Source of the DNA: Basidioascus undulatus
Taxonomy: Eukaryota
Direction: 5' to 3'
NCBI GenBank assembly: GCA_000826855.1
Contig: JTLS01000018.1
Span: forward strand, 1-47,436
Length of the DNA stretch: 47,436 nucleotides
Shown here: in pieces, positions 10,821 through 23,375 of the stretch
Numbering within the stretch: the first letter of the stretch is position 1
Layout: each line of letters opens with the position of its first letter
Made by a program: the position numbers and the translations under genes
The notes under the pieces: model-generated
Told to the model about the DNA's origin: nothing
The model's input: only the letters and a program-made list of their open reading frames with translations
Database searches by the model: none

Positions 10821-13662
10821 TCAATTCCTCTTTCGTCGCTTTTGGACCTGCATCCACAGAACACGCAGCAACACGTCAGCCTCTGAGCACAAGCACGACG
10901 TAGACGAAACAGCAGCACGGCGCACCCTCGCGTTTTCTCGGGCCCTGACGACAGAGCGGCGGAGCTCGCCGAGCCACTTGAGGATGAGGCTGAGGGAGAA
11001 GAGGATGACGGTAGCGCATGTCGTCGGGATTGCGATTTTCCAGAAGCTGTCGAGCTAGCATTATTCGGCAGTTCTGAGAACAAGAAGATAGAATCGCGCA
11101 CTAGGTGACGGAGTGTTCGATCTCGGCAAAGCGAACGAAGTTCATCTGTGCATCGCGCGAGAACGTGGGCGTGAGCGGTCCTGGCGTTCGGAAGGCTCGC
11201 TTAGTAGATAGGGGGACGTACGCCGAAGTATCCTGATTGTAGGGAGGGTTGTGGTGAGATGCAAGGACAATGGAGAGATGGCAAAGACGGCGAGAAGGCG
11301 GACGTGCCGGTGATGAAGGTCAAAGGCAGGACTACGCGCGAGACGGATTGCGTGAGGCAAGCATAGGGCCACTAAAAACTTGGGAAGCATCGTACAGATT
11401 ACGGTAATGGTGGAGAGCGCCGCCATGCTCTCGTTGCTGTAATAGGCGGAGATGCTGTCCCATAGACGAAGATCAGCAGCTAGAGCCGCGGCGCACAAGG
11501 CCCGTTGAACTCAGGGACGTGCTTGAACAAATCTGGAACCGTAGATCAAAGCGTGAATGTCACTCATCAGCGGGGATTGCTGTCGGAAGTTAACACGGGC
11601 ATTGACAATCTACGAGGTTCTGGGACATCGCCGAAAACATTTCGAGACTGGAGAGGACGCTGTCTATATGGTCGACCACATCGCTGAGATACACTGCTCC
11701 ACCCCAGTACACAATCAGCGCGCGCAGTGATACCAACGTCAGACCGCTATCGCACCCTTGGCCTGCCGCGAGATGAACCCCCTCGCGTCGTCGCCCGGCC
11801 GGGCGCACGCCTTGGCGCGTTCGGTGTCGTGGTCTTTGAGGCCGATGGCAAGGCCGTGCAGCGGAGTGAGCGTGCGCTTGAGGAGAAGTAGCTCGGCGGA
11901 GAGGATGTGCACTAGAGAAGCAGTCAAAGTACAGCAGGGGAGGGCTGGGCGTGGGAAGAGGGTTCACGCACAGTGCCGCACGGCGTCGATCTCGGGCTTG
12001 ACGAGCACGCGGCCTTCGAGCGCGGTGAGCTGCTTGCGGAACTCTTCGACTATATCGAGCGTGTGGTCGACGACGACGTCGAGGATCGCTTGCAGGAGCA
12101 TGCTCGGGTCTGCCGAGGAACGCAGCAGGGTGTCCGAGATGTGCAGGCGCGAGACGATGGGGCCGATGATGGGAGGGGAGGGGCGCTGGAAGAAGGTGAG
12201 GAGAGTGCCTGCCGGGGCGGTCGATGGTGAGCCGAAGGTAGAGGGCAAGGACTGGACGAACCGTCTCGCAGAACAAAGATGCTCAGGTGCTGGACGTCGA
12301 TGTTGATCTGATGGGAGCAAAGACTCAGCGTTAGGACACAGGTAGTGCACGCGCAGGCACAGACAGACCTTGTAGTCCTTCGTGAGATACCGGATTGTCG
12401 ACCGAGCCGCAGCAGCGGATCTTGACTGTATCACCGGCAGACGTTCAGCTAAAGTACAGCAAGTAGCCGCGCTCAGATCAGAACGCACCGCAGCGTCCTC
12501 GAACTCCTGCTCGCTAGGCGTCGCGTCCCCAGGCAGCCCGTCAAACTCCAGCTTCCGCAGCGTCTCATACGCGTCCTCCTCCTCCCGCACAGACCGCTCG
12601 CCTGCAGGTCCCGCCCCGCTCTCCATATCGCTTGCGGGCGTCCGCCCGCCAAGCCCCATCTTCGCTAGAAGCCCGCCTTCGGCGGAGGTGTCCGGCGGAG
12701 GACTGGGCTCGGGCGCGGGTGGGCTGGCGAGGAGGTGAAGAGGGATGGAGACGAAAAGGTGGCCTGCCGACGCCATCGTTAGGCTAGCAGTCCAGCCAGT
12801 GCACGCAATCCAGCCGCGGCTCACGGGAGTACTGTTGGGGGTACGAAGGGGGGTGGTTTTAGAGGGATTTGTGAGCGGGGGACGTAGCGGCGTACGTAAT
12901 CAGCTTTGGAGCGAGAGGATGCCCCCGCATGCAGGGTGTCTTCGAGCGCGAGGGGGTGCAAGTCTGGCATTACCGCACATGCATCAACAGACATGACATA
13001 GAATGCTGATATGCATCGCCACATACCGAAATGTAGTGCTAGCGGCTATCGCTTCCCAGCCATCAACATCCTGGTTCACAGTCGCGCGCACTGCCCACAA
13101 CGCACCTTGACGACATCCCAGCTGCCGCCCAGTCGTCAGTATCGCTCCTCGGGTTTCATTAAAGGGCGCACGCACCTGTTTCTTTCAACACTAATCCATC
13201 TCACCCTGCCCTCAATTTTGCTGTCCTCCTGCAGCAGCCTCTCTACGGCCTCCTGGCCCTGCTCCTCCCTGAAGCTGATCGAATCCGCATCGTACTCGAC
13301 GACGCTTACTTTCCCAGGCTGCTTCGAGCGCTTCTTTCCCTCGTCCTCCAGGTCATGGCGTTTGGGGTCGATGCCCGGCTCCGCGCCGGCGATACGTCGT
13401 TCCCGCGGAAGCAGCGTGCGGATGCCGATGAGGCGACGGGCCGCGCCCTTGAGGCGAGTGCCTTTCGAAGCGATCATTTCAGTTGATGCGTCTTTGCAGA
13501 TGATTTTGTAAGCTTACTGCTTGGTTTCCTTGATTCTGCTGTCAACCGAGGGGGAACAGCGGTAAGAGGCGCTGTAGAGGCCGTGGTGTCTGTCGAGCGC
13601 ACTCGCTCGTGGTACGTTACGGGCTCGGGCGTGGCTGCTCGAGAGGGCCGCAACGAGGGCAT
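10821..13662 (-). CDS. CorA-family Mg2+/divalent metal transporter, paralog 1
   Basis: The spliced model gives GAEPGIDP, LHPLALED, DPSMLLQAILDVVVD and TITVIFLPLTFITGYFGMNF (GMN signature), then a second TM helix FWKIAIPTT. It needs micro-exons 11523-11532 (10 nt) and 11222-11232 (11 nt) and GC donors at 11522 and 11307. Confidence 0.88.
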
Positions 13663-14875
13663 GTTGTCGTCGTTGGCTGGGTTCCAAAAGCGTACGCTGG
13701 GAGCAATGTGGGCAATATAAAAATGCAAAGGGGCGTGAGAAGGGGCAGGGCAAGGGGAAGAAGGCAAGACGCGTGTGGACCCCGGTCCAAATCACGTCAC
13801 GTGTGTGAAATTGAAAGCGCAGCCGCGCACGAGCATGCGCGAAGACGTAAGTCCTTGCGTATACAAGGTACAATAATAGCCTGTTCCAAGAGGAAGAACA
13901 GTTCCACTTCCGGCGTAGACGTGACCAGATTGGACGAGAGGACGAAAAGAGGCCGGCAGGCGCAAGCCTGAGGGTGGTGCTCGAGTCTTGATGAGCACGG
14001 TGCACGCGTTTCAGGCTTACACATGTACCGCAAGGCCCCAAGAGCAGGCTATGGGACTTTACAGAAAGGTCAGTTAATTATTTCAGACAATTAAGGTTTC
14101 GTTCTCAAGGACATTGAATGAAGTGGCGCCGTACCATTCAGCAACGAGGGGAATCGACCTTTACCCTGGAAAACCCCTTCCCTCGCGGTAGTTCTTCTAG
14201 TTCTTCTTCTAGATTTGAACGTCCTTTTGTCACAGTTCTGGTATGTTTTATACTATTGCGGGCAACTTCGACCGTGGGCATCTGATGGCGGCTCGGCCTA
14301 GACGTCCCCGTCTGACACGAAAAATGTTTGGCAACACTGGGAACGAGGCAACGCGACGCACGTGTCCGCAGACGCGTCCGCTATCCTATTTTGCCTCCTT
14401 CATTCTTCAAAGGACACTTTCCTGGTAGCGCATTAAAGTACAATAAAAATCATACATTTTATCGGCGTCAATATTAATGTCGAAGGTGCGAAGGTACCAG
14501 GGCCGCAGAGCGGAAACCTGCGGAACGTCTTCCAAACTTCGTCATCAGGGTGCGCCGCTATCGCGGGCAGTGCTGTCGCTGGCGACACTCTGAGGGGATG
14601 GCGAGCGTGTACGATCATGAAAAGCATTTATATCAGCTACAGTGGTACTATTTTCAAGGAAATTTTTGGGTGAAAAATATAAGAGTCGAGAGGACGCGTG
14701 ACTGCTTGACGGGGTCCAGTGCAGCCGGCCCTAAACGCGCTGAATGGGAGCTGCGCGCTGCTCGATAGGGCGCCCTTTCCCCCCACTTTCTCTCTCCCAC
14801 CAACCACCACCACACTTCCAACCACCTCCAGTTCCACCCCCTTCAAACCTCCCTCCCTAACCCCAACAAATCACA

Positions 14876-15470
14876 ATGGCTAAGGCTGCCAGCAGCGCGA
14901 GTGAGTCCCCGTCCACGCTCGCGCAGTCGCGGAGATGTGCGCCTCGACGCGTCACCGCCGCGGGACGCAATTGGCTCGGCCAACGACGCGTCGCACGATA
15001 GGATGACTGACCTGTTTGACTTCCTTTCGCACACAGGCGGGTCCAAGTCGAAGAAGTCGGCCACCGGCGGCGGCGGCAAGAAGGTCACGGCCGTGAGTCT
15101 GACTGCGCTCCGCATGTATCCGCGTCGGGGGCGGGAATGGGGGTGGGCCGCGTGTGGCTTTCGGTGAACTTGCCCAATGACTTTAAGCCGGCACCCCGCT
15201 TTCAGTACCAGCGCTACATGAAGCGCGAGCTTGCGCGTCTTAAGGAGGAGAAGGTGAGTTCGCGTTCCACACACACCTACCGCTCTGGAGACGCGCTGAT
15301 CGTCTGTGTGCAGCCCGACACCCGTACGTTTATTCTCGCGCCATTTCGCCTTTTTTATAACGGACACTGATGCTTGTCTTCCCCTTTATGCAGCCCACAA
15401 GGAGCGCTTCAAGGAGGTTGCCCAATCCTGGGCGTCTCACCCGGACAACCCCAAGAACAAGCCGGAGTGA
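14876..15470 (+). CDS. 71-aa YABBY-C/HMG-box-like DNA-binding protein
   Basis: Exons 14876-14900, 15037-15092, 15206-15253, 15314-15323 (10 nt) and 15394-15470 total 216 nt. Protein: MAKAASSASGSKSKKSATGGGGKKVTAYQRYMKRELARLKEEKPDTPHKERFKEVAQSWASHPDNPKNKPE*. This matches the YABBY helix motif (SAYNRFIKEEIQRIKA.NPDISHREAFS.AAKNWA). Confidence 0.85.
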
Positions 15471-15556
15471 TCGCACTACGCGCGACGCCAATTTTCTTGC
15501 TCGTTGTATCTTTTTGTAACAACTGTATGTTAGGACACGCCGATAGGGGGATACTG

Positions 15557-18380
15557 TCAGCAGAACACTAGTTGTATTTTTATCTTGCGCTGGCTGTTGC
15601 GTGAAGCGGCTGCCCAGTGCGGCTGTCCAGTATCGCTCATACCATGATGAGACGAAATGAGAGAGTGCAACGAGGGTGAAGGAGCACCTTCCGATGGAGT
15701 TCTCGGTCCTGTGCATCGTGCTAGACGGAGCAGGCCTGGTGGAGCTTGCGCTGTCGATGGCTCAGGTAACAAGTTACAGTACTTGCCTTCCGCAAGTAGC
15801 CCTGCGTCGGTACTCCTCGGGCGCTCCGCTCTTCTGTGTTCTATCGAACTTTGTTCGGCTTGCAGAGTAATTGAACTTCTCCACCAGTGAAGAGCTCCGG
15901 GAAATTGCTCCTCGGGCCGACAGCATTCGTCTGCGCGTGCTGCAGCTGAGCTCAGTGCCCCTGACGATTGCATCGCGGTAATAAATCTGTCATTCCCTAC
16001 AAGTGAACTTCCAGGAAATCAGGTAGAGAACCAGGTGGTGGTTGTGCAAGATATAACAACAGTGGCACGGGGGTGGCGGGGGGAGGTGTACTTGCGCAGC
16101 GAGACGATGAAGAGTTCGCAGGGTTGCTTCTCTTTGCGACTGCCACGACTGGACCAATAGCGCTGTAAATATCTGATAGCATATGCTGGGCCTTTGCGTC
16201 CATTAAGTAAGTCTACATCAAACCAGCTGAAGCCGCGCACCGGCCCATAGTTGCGCTTAGAACACACGTCCGAGATGAGTCACAATACCTTCGCAGACAT
16301 GTTCCGATCACCCGCGACCTCTGTTGCAGTAGAAGGCAAGGTAGTTTAATTCATCATGGCCCAACCCCTTCCATGCTGCTACGCATCGTACATCAGGCTT
16401 CTGGGACGGCGTGTCGCGCTGTTTCGAGGTTCCGAGCGTGAAGAGCTGCGGGATGTCAGGAAATTTTAGCCACCTGGGAGCTTCGGAGAGTTACAGTAGA
16501 CTAAATGCTCACTGGAGAACTCCCCAGAGTCCCCGAAGCGTCTCAACGCAGAATTACAGAGCGCAGCGGATGCCCTCAGCCGCCTCTGCTCAGTCCACAG
16601 TCCCCTCTGTTGCGCTGTCCGCGCCGCGTCGATCGAGAATTGGCCGGAGAAAAGCCAAGGAAGACTTCTCGGTAAAGCTGTATCAGCATTGAAGAAGAGT
16701 CAGCGATACAATGCAAAGCGATAACTTACACCATCTCGTGCGGGAGCCGCGAAAGGTCGTAGTCGGGAGTGAGGATCAACGAAATGAGCTCCACAATCTC
16801 GGTCACGGCCGAGTATCATGCGATCTCTGAATCGCGACTGTTACGGGAATGCGGAGTGTGCAGAAGGAGTGGACCCCTGAATGCGGGTTCGGCGGGCCTG
16901 GTCAGCACCAGCAAGCATAGGGGGTCGAAGCCGTAAGGTAGCGCACAAAGCCATGAAAAATACCCCTCCTGCCCTCGCTTCCTCGTCGAAAGAAGCACGT
17001 GGGACGTCGAAGCGCGGAGGACGAGTCAGCCACCCGGGCAGGCTGCGTCGAAACGCGGAGAGGAGCGCTTGGAGCTCGAAGAAGGCCTTGCTCGTTCGAA
17101 TCCTGGACAGTCCATCCGAGTCGCCATACGCGGCATCAGTGACATCGGAGTCGTTCAGTCGGCATGCCCTGCACGCAAGGCACACCGCCTTTACGTAATA
17201 AGCGGTCGCGTCGTTCGCAGGATGGCGCGTAAAGCAGTCCGGATCCTGCAGCGTCTGCGACGCGGCGTTCGTCCAGTCCATGTCGGTCTGCTGTATCTCG
17301 TATCAAGAAGGTCAAAAAAATTAAATTCATTCAGTGAAAGGTCCTAAACTGATAGAAGAGCAATGTCGATCCGATGTCCTCATCCCCGACGCCCAAGGGT
17401 GGGTGCTACGCGTACCAGGCGCTCGACACGCGACTGTAAGCATGCGGGTCAATATTGTACATCGAAAAAGTGGTGGAAGTCTTTTGAAGGAGCCCACTCC
17501 ATAACATAAAGTCCCCAGAAGAGCGATAATGCGAGCCTGGTCAAAAAATTACGCGTCATCAGGCAGAATTCGAGAGCCTGAACCACAACAAGGTACTTGC
17601 AGCTGCTCCTGCCGGGTCTCGGGAAGGGGTTGTAGCACCGTTCTTTTCCCCGGAATCCGAAAGAGCGAGAAGCGATGCGGTGGGAGGGGCAGAGGCATCG
17701 TGCAGCAGCTGCCGCAACTTCGGGAGGCTGAGAAGGTGAAAGCCAAGCCCGACCGCAAGCTTGAACCTGCGCATCGCTGTGAGGAAGTGTATGGCTGTCG
17801 GGACATGGAACACCCACCGGCAGGCTCGTCTAAAAGCGGAGAAGTGAACTTGAAACATTGCTGGAGACGACGTCCCATGAGCGTAGTAAAGCGGCACGTC
17901 CAGTAAGAGCTTACCGCGAGAATAAAGTAAGTGGCAAGGACGGTGAGAAGGTGGCTGAAGCAACCCGATCGGTTAGCCACAAAAGAGGAGCGGTTATTAG
18001 AGCGTGGAAACGTACCCCTCTTGCCTCAAAGCATCGTTTAGATGAACCTTCGCTCGCTGGAAGAACGTGTCCTCGAGCTGCCACGCGGTGGTATCGCCCG
18101 TGAACCGAGCGGTGAGGGAGTACAGCGCGGCGAAGAAATATGGATGAGGTCGTGATGGATGGTTGAGTGGGAGATAGAAGGAGGTAGAAAGCGTCGGCCG
18201 GTGAAAGACGCGCGATGCAAAACAGCGGGAGAAAAAGACGTCGAGACTGTTGGCAGTGTTCAGGATGTCCTGACCGCCCGTCATTCTGTCGCCCATTACG
18301 TACAGCCTGATAGTCATATCCCTCGGGATGTCTTCTTTGATCCCAAGCTCAAAGCACCCAGCACGTTATCTCAAAACGGC
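15557..18380 (-). pseudogene. Fungal-specific transcription factor (Fungal_trans middle homology region), degenerate
   Basis: Exon remnants: DIPRDMTIRL|LDVFF...RPHPYFFAALYSL, KLAVGLGFHLL, PETRQEQLQ..SLFWGLYVM, YYVKAVCL, FFELQALLSAFRRSLP. An in-frame TGA at 16816-16818 lies inside EIA*YSAVTEIVELISLILTPDYDLSRL. Frame breaks near 17690 and 17530. No Zn2Cys6 cluster found upstream. Both ends are approximate. Confidence 0.65.
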
Positions 18381-19218
18381 AATTGCGAAGACCCCTTGAA
18401 ACCAATGACGGACATTGTTCGGCGATCTTCCACGATGTTCGCATTTGACGTGGTAACATCTATAAGGTTAATATCGACTTTGGATACATTCATACTGATA
18501 GTTTGATCTTAGGCCTGCTGGAGAATCTTCTTTGATAGGGACAAGCACCAAGGTATCACGGCAACGTTGCAACCCGGCCGCTTAGCTCGAGGCAAGCACC
18601 CGACATAGGATGCTCTGCCATGGTACGTGTGCCTGGCAAATAGTGATTTTGATGAAAACGTTGGAAGCCGTGTCTTATGCCTCTTCATTGCCCATGGTTC
18701 ACAGGCGCGATCACAAAGTCGCTCAGGCGGAGACCACACCGCATGGAGTGGTCAGCTATAGGAGGACTGCCCAACCTGGTCCAGCTGTACAGTCGACTGA
18801 TTCGGAGATACAAAAGATAAGACGACCATTTGCCCTGAATTTCGTCTGAATAAAAGGGAACGAATCCCCGTGGACTGGGCCCTGTGATGCATCGAAGTGA
18901 CAGATGGCTACTGCCCTTCTCGCAGTTCCTTGAAATGAACAAATCTTACCATACTAACTCAGAGTGTCTAACAACTTTGAAGTCAAGCAGATTAGTATTG
19001 CCACCCAGGGCTGCTGTCCGAGCAATCGTTAGTACGGAGTAGCGAGTATCGCAGCTGTGAATGTTGTTGAAGTCCCAAGTCACCCAACTGAAGACTGTTA
19101 CCGGGCTTGACGGTGCGTGCCAAAGCTCTGCCCTTGATCTTCCTCTGCCCTTTGTCTGGCATTCTACGTCTCGAGCATGTCTCAGGCGTTTCATAGCCGG
19201 TGACTATCCCTTTCAACC

Positions 19219-21845
19219 CTATTTTACATTGCCCTTATTCTTCCAAGCTCTCCTGACCTGTACCCGGCGGTGACAGCTCATCAGACCCTTGTTTAAGAGG
19301 AAAGAACAGAGCTCCAGAGAAATTTACCGAAAACTTTGTCTTGGTGTGTGCGGACGTCCGGTAAAGCTCGGCGAGCGTCTTGACCATTGCCGGCCAACAG
19401 AAGATGAGCGTTACCGCGACTGCAGTCGGGACCGAGCACTTCCAGAAGCTTCAGAAGTGCGAAACGTCAATACAAATCCCTGGTAATTGCACAAGATGGA
19501 ACGCATGCGCACTAGGAGACACTGCCTTGTATCTCGGGAAATTGCTCGAAGTTCATCTGCCGTGCGATTTGAAAGTGCCGCGTCAGTGTAACATTCAGCT
19601 GGTATGCTCTGAAGAGTAATGCAATAAAATACCCCAAAATAACCTGTGATGAATGTGAGAGGCAGGACTGCATGCTACCGGTGCTCAGCGAAGAGTGACA
19701 GCGACGTTTGCAACGAGAAACCACTGCGCACAGATGACAGTTATGGTGCTAAGAACCTTCATGTTCTCGTTGGTCATAAAGCTTGTCATGTTGAATACGT
19801 CTGAAAATAAAACTTAGACCGTCCACCGAACACCTAGAGTCACAGGGGGCAGGCGCACAATTGACGACCGAGTCCGATAGAGACGTAAAAAGGTCGAGCG
19901 AGGACAACACCGCGTCGATATGGTCAGCGACTGATCTTTAGGTCTAAGTACGTGAATTTCCCAGGGTAAGGGAACTTCCTCACCATCTGCCAAGTACACG
20001 CGGGCCTGTGGACTAAAAAAACCCGGCACGCTGTCGGTATCCGGCGTCGCAGCCTGGGCCCTCTCTGCATCATCTTGACGGATCGTTTGCAACAGCGGGT
20101 GCAACGGTGTCAGAGTCCTCTTGAGGAACAGCAGCTGGTCCGACATGATGTGCACTGCATATCATGTTATGGACCTCAGGGTACGTGGATGAGAAAAGGA
20201 GCGGCACTCACAGTGTCTCACAGAGCCGACATCAGGCCGGACGAGCACCCCCGCCTCCAACATGGTCAGACGTTTGCGGAACTCTTCGCTAAGGTCCAGA
20301 CAGTGGTCGACCGCTAAAAATAAACCGCCTAGTTAATTCCGCTGGAGAGTCTCCATGTCATTTGCTCACGTGCCGACGTCCAGTATGGCCTGCACGAGCA
20401 TGCTCGCATCGGGCGAGGTACGCAGCAGGCTCTCCCTCTGATTCAGGCGGCCCAGTAGCGGGAGAACTAGAAGAGGACAAGGTCGCTCGAAGCAAGTGAT
20501 GACGTTCTCTATCTGACGAGCTTCAATTGGGCGCCTTGTGCGCCAGAAGATGCGGGTTTCACGCACCTTCACGAGTGAGGAATACAGACATGTTTTGAGC
20601 GTCGATCGGCACCTTGAAGTTTTTCTGCAGCGTGCTGACAGTCGAATATGCAGCCACGTACTTATTTATAAAAGGGGTTGAAGGAGCTCGCCCTGCAGAT
20701 AGTGTGTAAAAACGCGCGGACACACCTTGAAATCGCCGCTGTCTTGTGCTGTTGCTTCGTCCACGCCGCAATAGTAGAGCTCGGCCGAAGATCCGCCCCA
20801 GTCTCCCTCATCCGCTCCTCTGCAGATTTTTTTATGCCCACCATGTCCTTTTTCTGGAAGCCTTTCGAGATCCACCGAAGCTTTGGACGGCTGGCATCCC
20901 AAGCGTTGCAAGAGGCTAATCTTTGAAAGCTGTTCTCCCGGATCGAGATCGGGCTCCGGAGTCGGCGGCGTGCTGAGCATGTGGACGGGTAGCGAGATGA
21001 AGACATGTCGTTGATACTGCCATTTTTGAATGGGATTTTGAGCCACAAGTAGATGCCACTCTGCAATGGGAAGCATGCGTACATAGTCCACCTTGGGCCT
21101 CGTGGAGCACTGCCCCTGCAAGCAATCCTCGACCGCCAAGGGATGGAGCTCTGCGAAACTTCCATCAGCGAGGAGTCACTAATTCAATCTTGAAGCGCAC
21201 CGAATTTTATAGCGAGCGGCTGAGCTCATTATCCAGTCAGCGTTGCAAGGGAAGGCAAAGCGCAATGTTTGCATGCCTTGATCAAGTCCCAGCTGTGGCC
21301 CACAACATTGATCCCTGGAAATATCATCTATCGTCAGATTACGTCGCCTGTACACAGCCTACACCATCTCGGCAATAGCTTACAGCGTACACCACCCTCC
21401 ATGGGCCGCGGTTGCTCCAGGTACTGCTGAAGTCCTTCGCGTCCCACCGAGTCCTTCACCACGAAATGCTCCGTGTTGTAGTCCACAACGGTCCAGCGCG
21501 GCTCGGCTCCAGCATGTACAGCCTCCTCGTAGTCCCCTCGCGAGGGATCCAGACCGGGCTCCTGCCCTGCTTGTTGCCGACTAGACAAGCGTGGCTTGCT
21601 GACACCGTCCACCCCACTAGTAGCCGGCTCCGGGTCTTGTCGGTAGTCTGTAATTTAGAATAAACTATCCAAATTCTGATAGTGAAACACGGATGGTTCG
21701 AGGAGGGAGCCCAATCCGGCTCCTTTGACAACCCACCTCGCTGAACCGGTAGTCCTTGAGGCCGCAAGGGCCAGGGAGACGCGAGGTCCGCCGAGTGTGC
21801 ACTGCGCCTCTGCGAGCTCTGCGATAAAGACGAGCTGGACGACAT
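19219..21845 (-). CDS. CorA-family Mg2+/divalent metal transporter, paralog 2
   Basis: The spliced frame is open from ATG 21845 to TAG 19219: GQEPGLDP, WINVVGHSWDLIK|PLAIKFELHPLAVED, DASMLVQAILDVAVDH, NENMKVLSTITVIFLPLTFITGYFG|MNF, FWKCSVPT. GC donors are required at 21276 and 20373. Confidence 0.82.
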
Positions 21846-22507
21846 GTCGCTTCAATACAACAAGCAAGTGCGAGGCAAGACCACAATCGTCCTGCGTATC
21901 CGCTTCGCTTACAGCAGTATCTCATCCTTTCGGCAGTCAAGCTTAGCTTCCGTACACGTATTGAAGCTGCGGCCCGACGGGGTATGGCAGGGTAATTATA
22001 GGTGGAGATTATGCCTTTTATCAGGAGGCCGGTCTATAAATATGGTTCAGAAGCGATTAATGGTGCTCGCACTGAACGGCTGGCATCGCGAACCGACATT
22101 GTTGAAATTCGCAAAGCCATATATGTCAAGGAAGTCCATGATGCCCCCGCTTATTGTAGTCAAAGATTCTGATACCCGTGAGGGTTGGAACAGGCCTGTA
22201 CCGTAGGTGAGCGCGTACAGTTAACCGGTGAAGCTTGGTTGGACAGTGCTGCGTAGCGATCGGCGCACGCTGATCGGGGGTTAGGGATCAACAAACTGAC
22301 ATTGGTGGTTGAAATACTCAAGAACTCATTTAAGCCTCTTATTGGAAGAATCTGGGCAGCGGATCTTTATTCGCCTCATCCGCGAGACATTCCACCGAAT
22401 CAGGCATGCCAGGCACGAGGCACGACGTACATGCCGGAAGCCCAAGAAGGCGCTCATAAAACCCACCAGATGCCTTTCTTCCCTCTATCCCTTCAATCAA
22501 CCCCCTG

Positions 22508-23248
22508 ATGTTTTCCCCCTCTGGCGCGGTCCCCTTCTATCGGAGTTCATCTGCACCTCCGCGGCTGCAGGCCTCGCCCGGCTCATCGCCGAACATTTAC
22601 AAGCTCTCGCCAGCCTTTCCCACTGCTGGTCTTGGTATCGGGATACCTGAAGACCTCAGCGGCAACCACACGGTCCCGGAGGGGCGGCCACGACTCTTGG
22701 ATCCATTTGCCCAACGCACGATGGAGGAGGTATGAATGTTGCTTTACCCGCACGCGTTCCCCTCTCTGACCTAGAACTTGGGTCCGAAGGAGTGGGCAGT
22801 CTTGCTCTGGGAGACTTTATTCGATCCTACCGAGCCTATCGAACCACTCGGGACGCCCCTTCCTCTCCCGCCTACCCCTACGGCCACCTTTTCGCCTACG
22901 TCTTCGTGCACCTCTCATCACCCTCCTTTCGAGTTCGACCAGTCAAATGCACACGCGTTTATCCCGCTCGAGCAGGTCGCTACTCTCCCGCCCTTTCGAA
23001 TTCTTATCAAGTCGACGCGTTGCTACGATTCTCTGTCCCCGTTCGGCAGCGCCGCATCTGGACAGCAGCGCACTACACGAAGTGTCTCGCAGCCGGAAAC
23101 TGTCCACGGGCTTCTCACGCCGCCTGACACGCCTCCCCCGGTGCGGCGCTCCAGCACGTCAACCCTGCGCAGTACGAGCTCGATCTTCTCGAAGGACCCG
23201 AGGAGATGGGGGTTCATCGGCCTTTCTGACGTTCCGGGATCTTGTTGA
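22508..23248 (+). CDS. Hypothetical Ser/Pro/Thr-rich protein (2 exons)
   Basis: A 45-nt intron (22730-22774, GTATGA..CTGAC.CTAG) joins ORFs 22508 and 22778 in frame. Contains PKEWAVLLWETLFDP and LLTPPDTP. No family recognised. Confidence 0.55.
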
Positions 23249-23375
23249 AGCGGAGCGGGGTAAAACAGAGCCAGCTGCAGGGCGTGTTTTTCTCGATAAT
23301 ACATGTATAGGATAGGTATCATGCAACATGTATAGCAAACGAACGAAGCCGAAAGATAATGTGACCAAAAATGTC

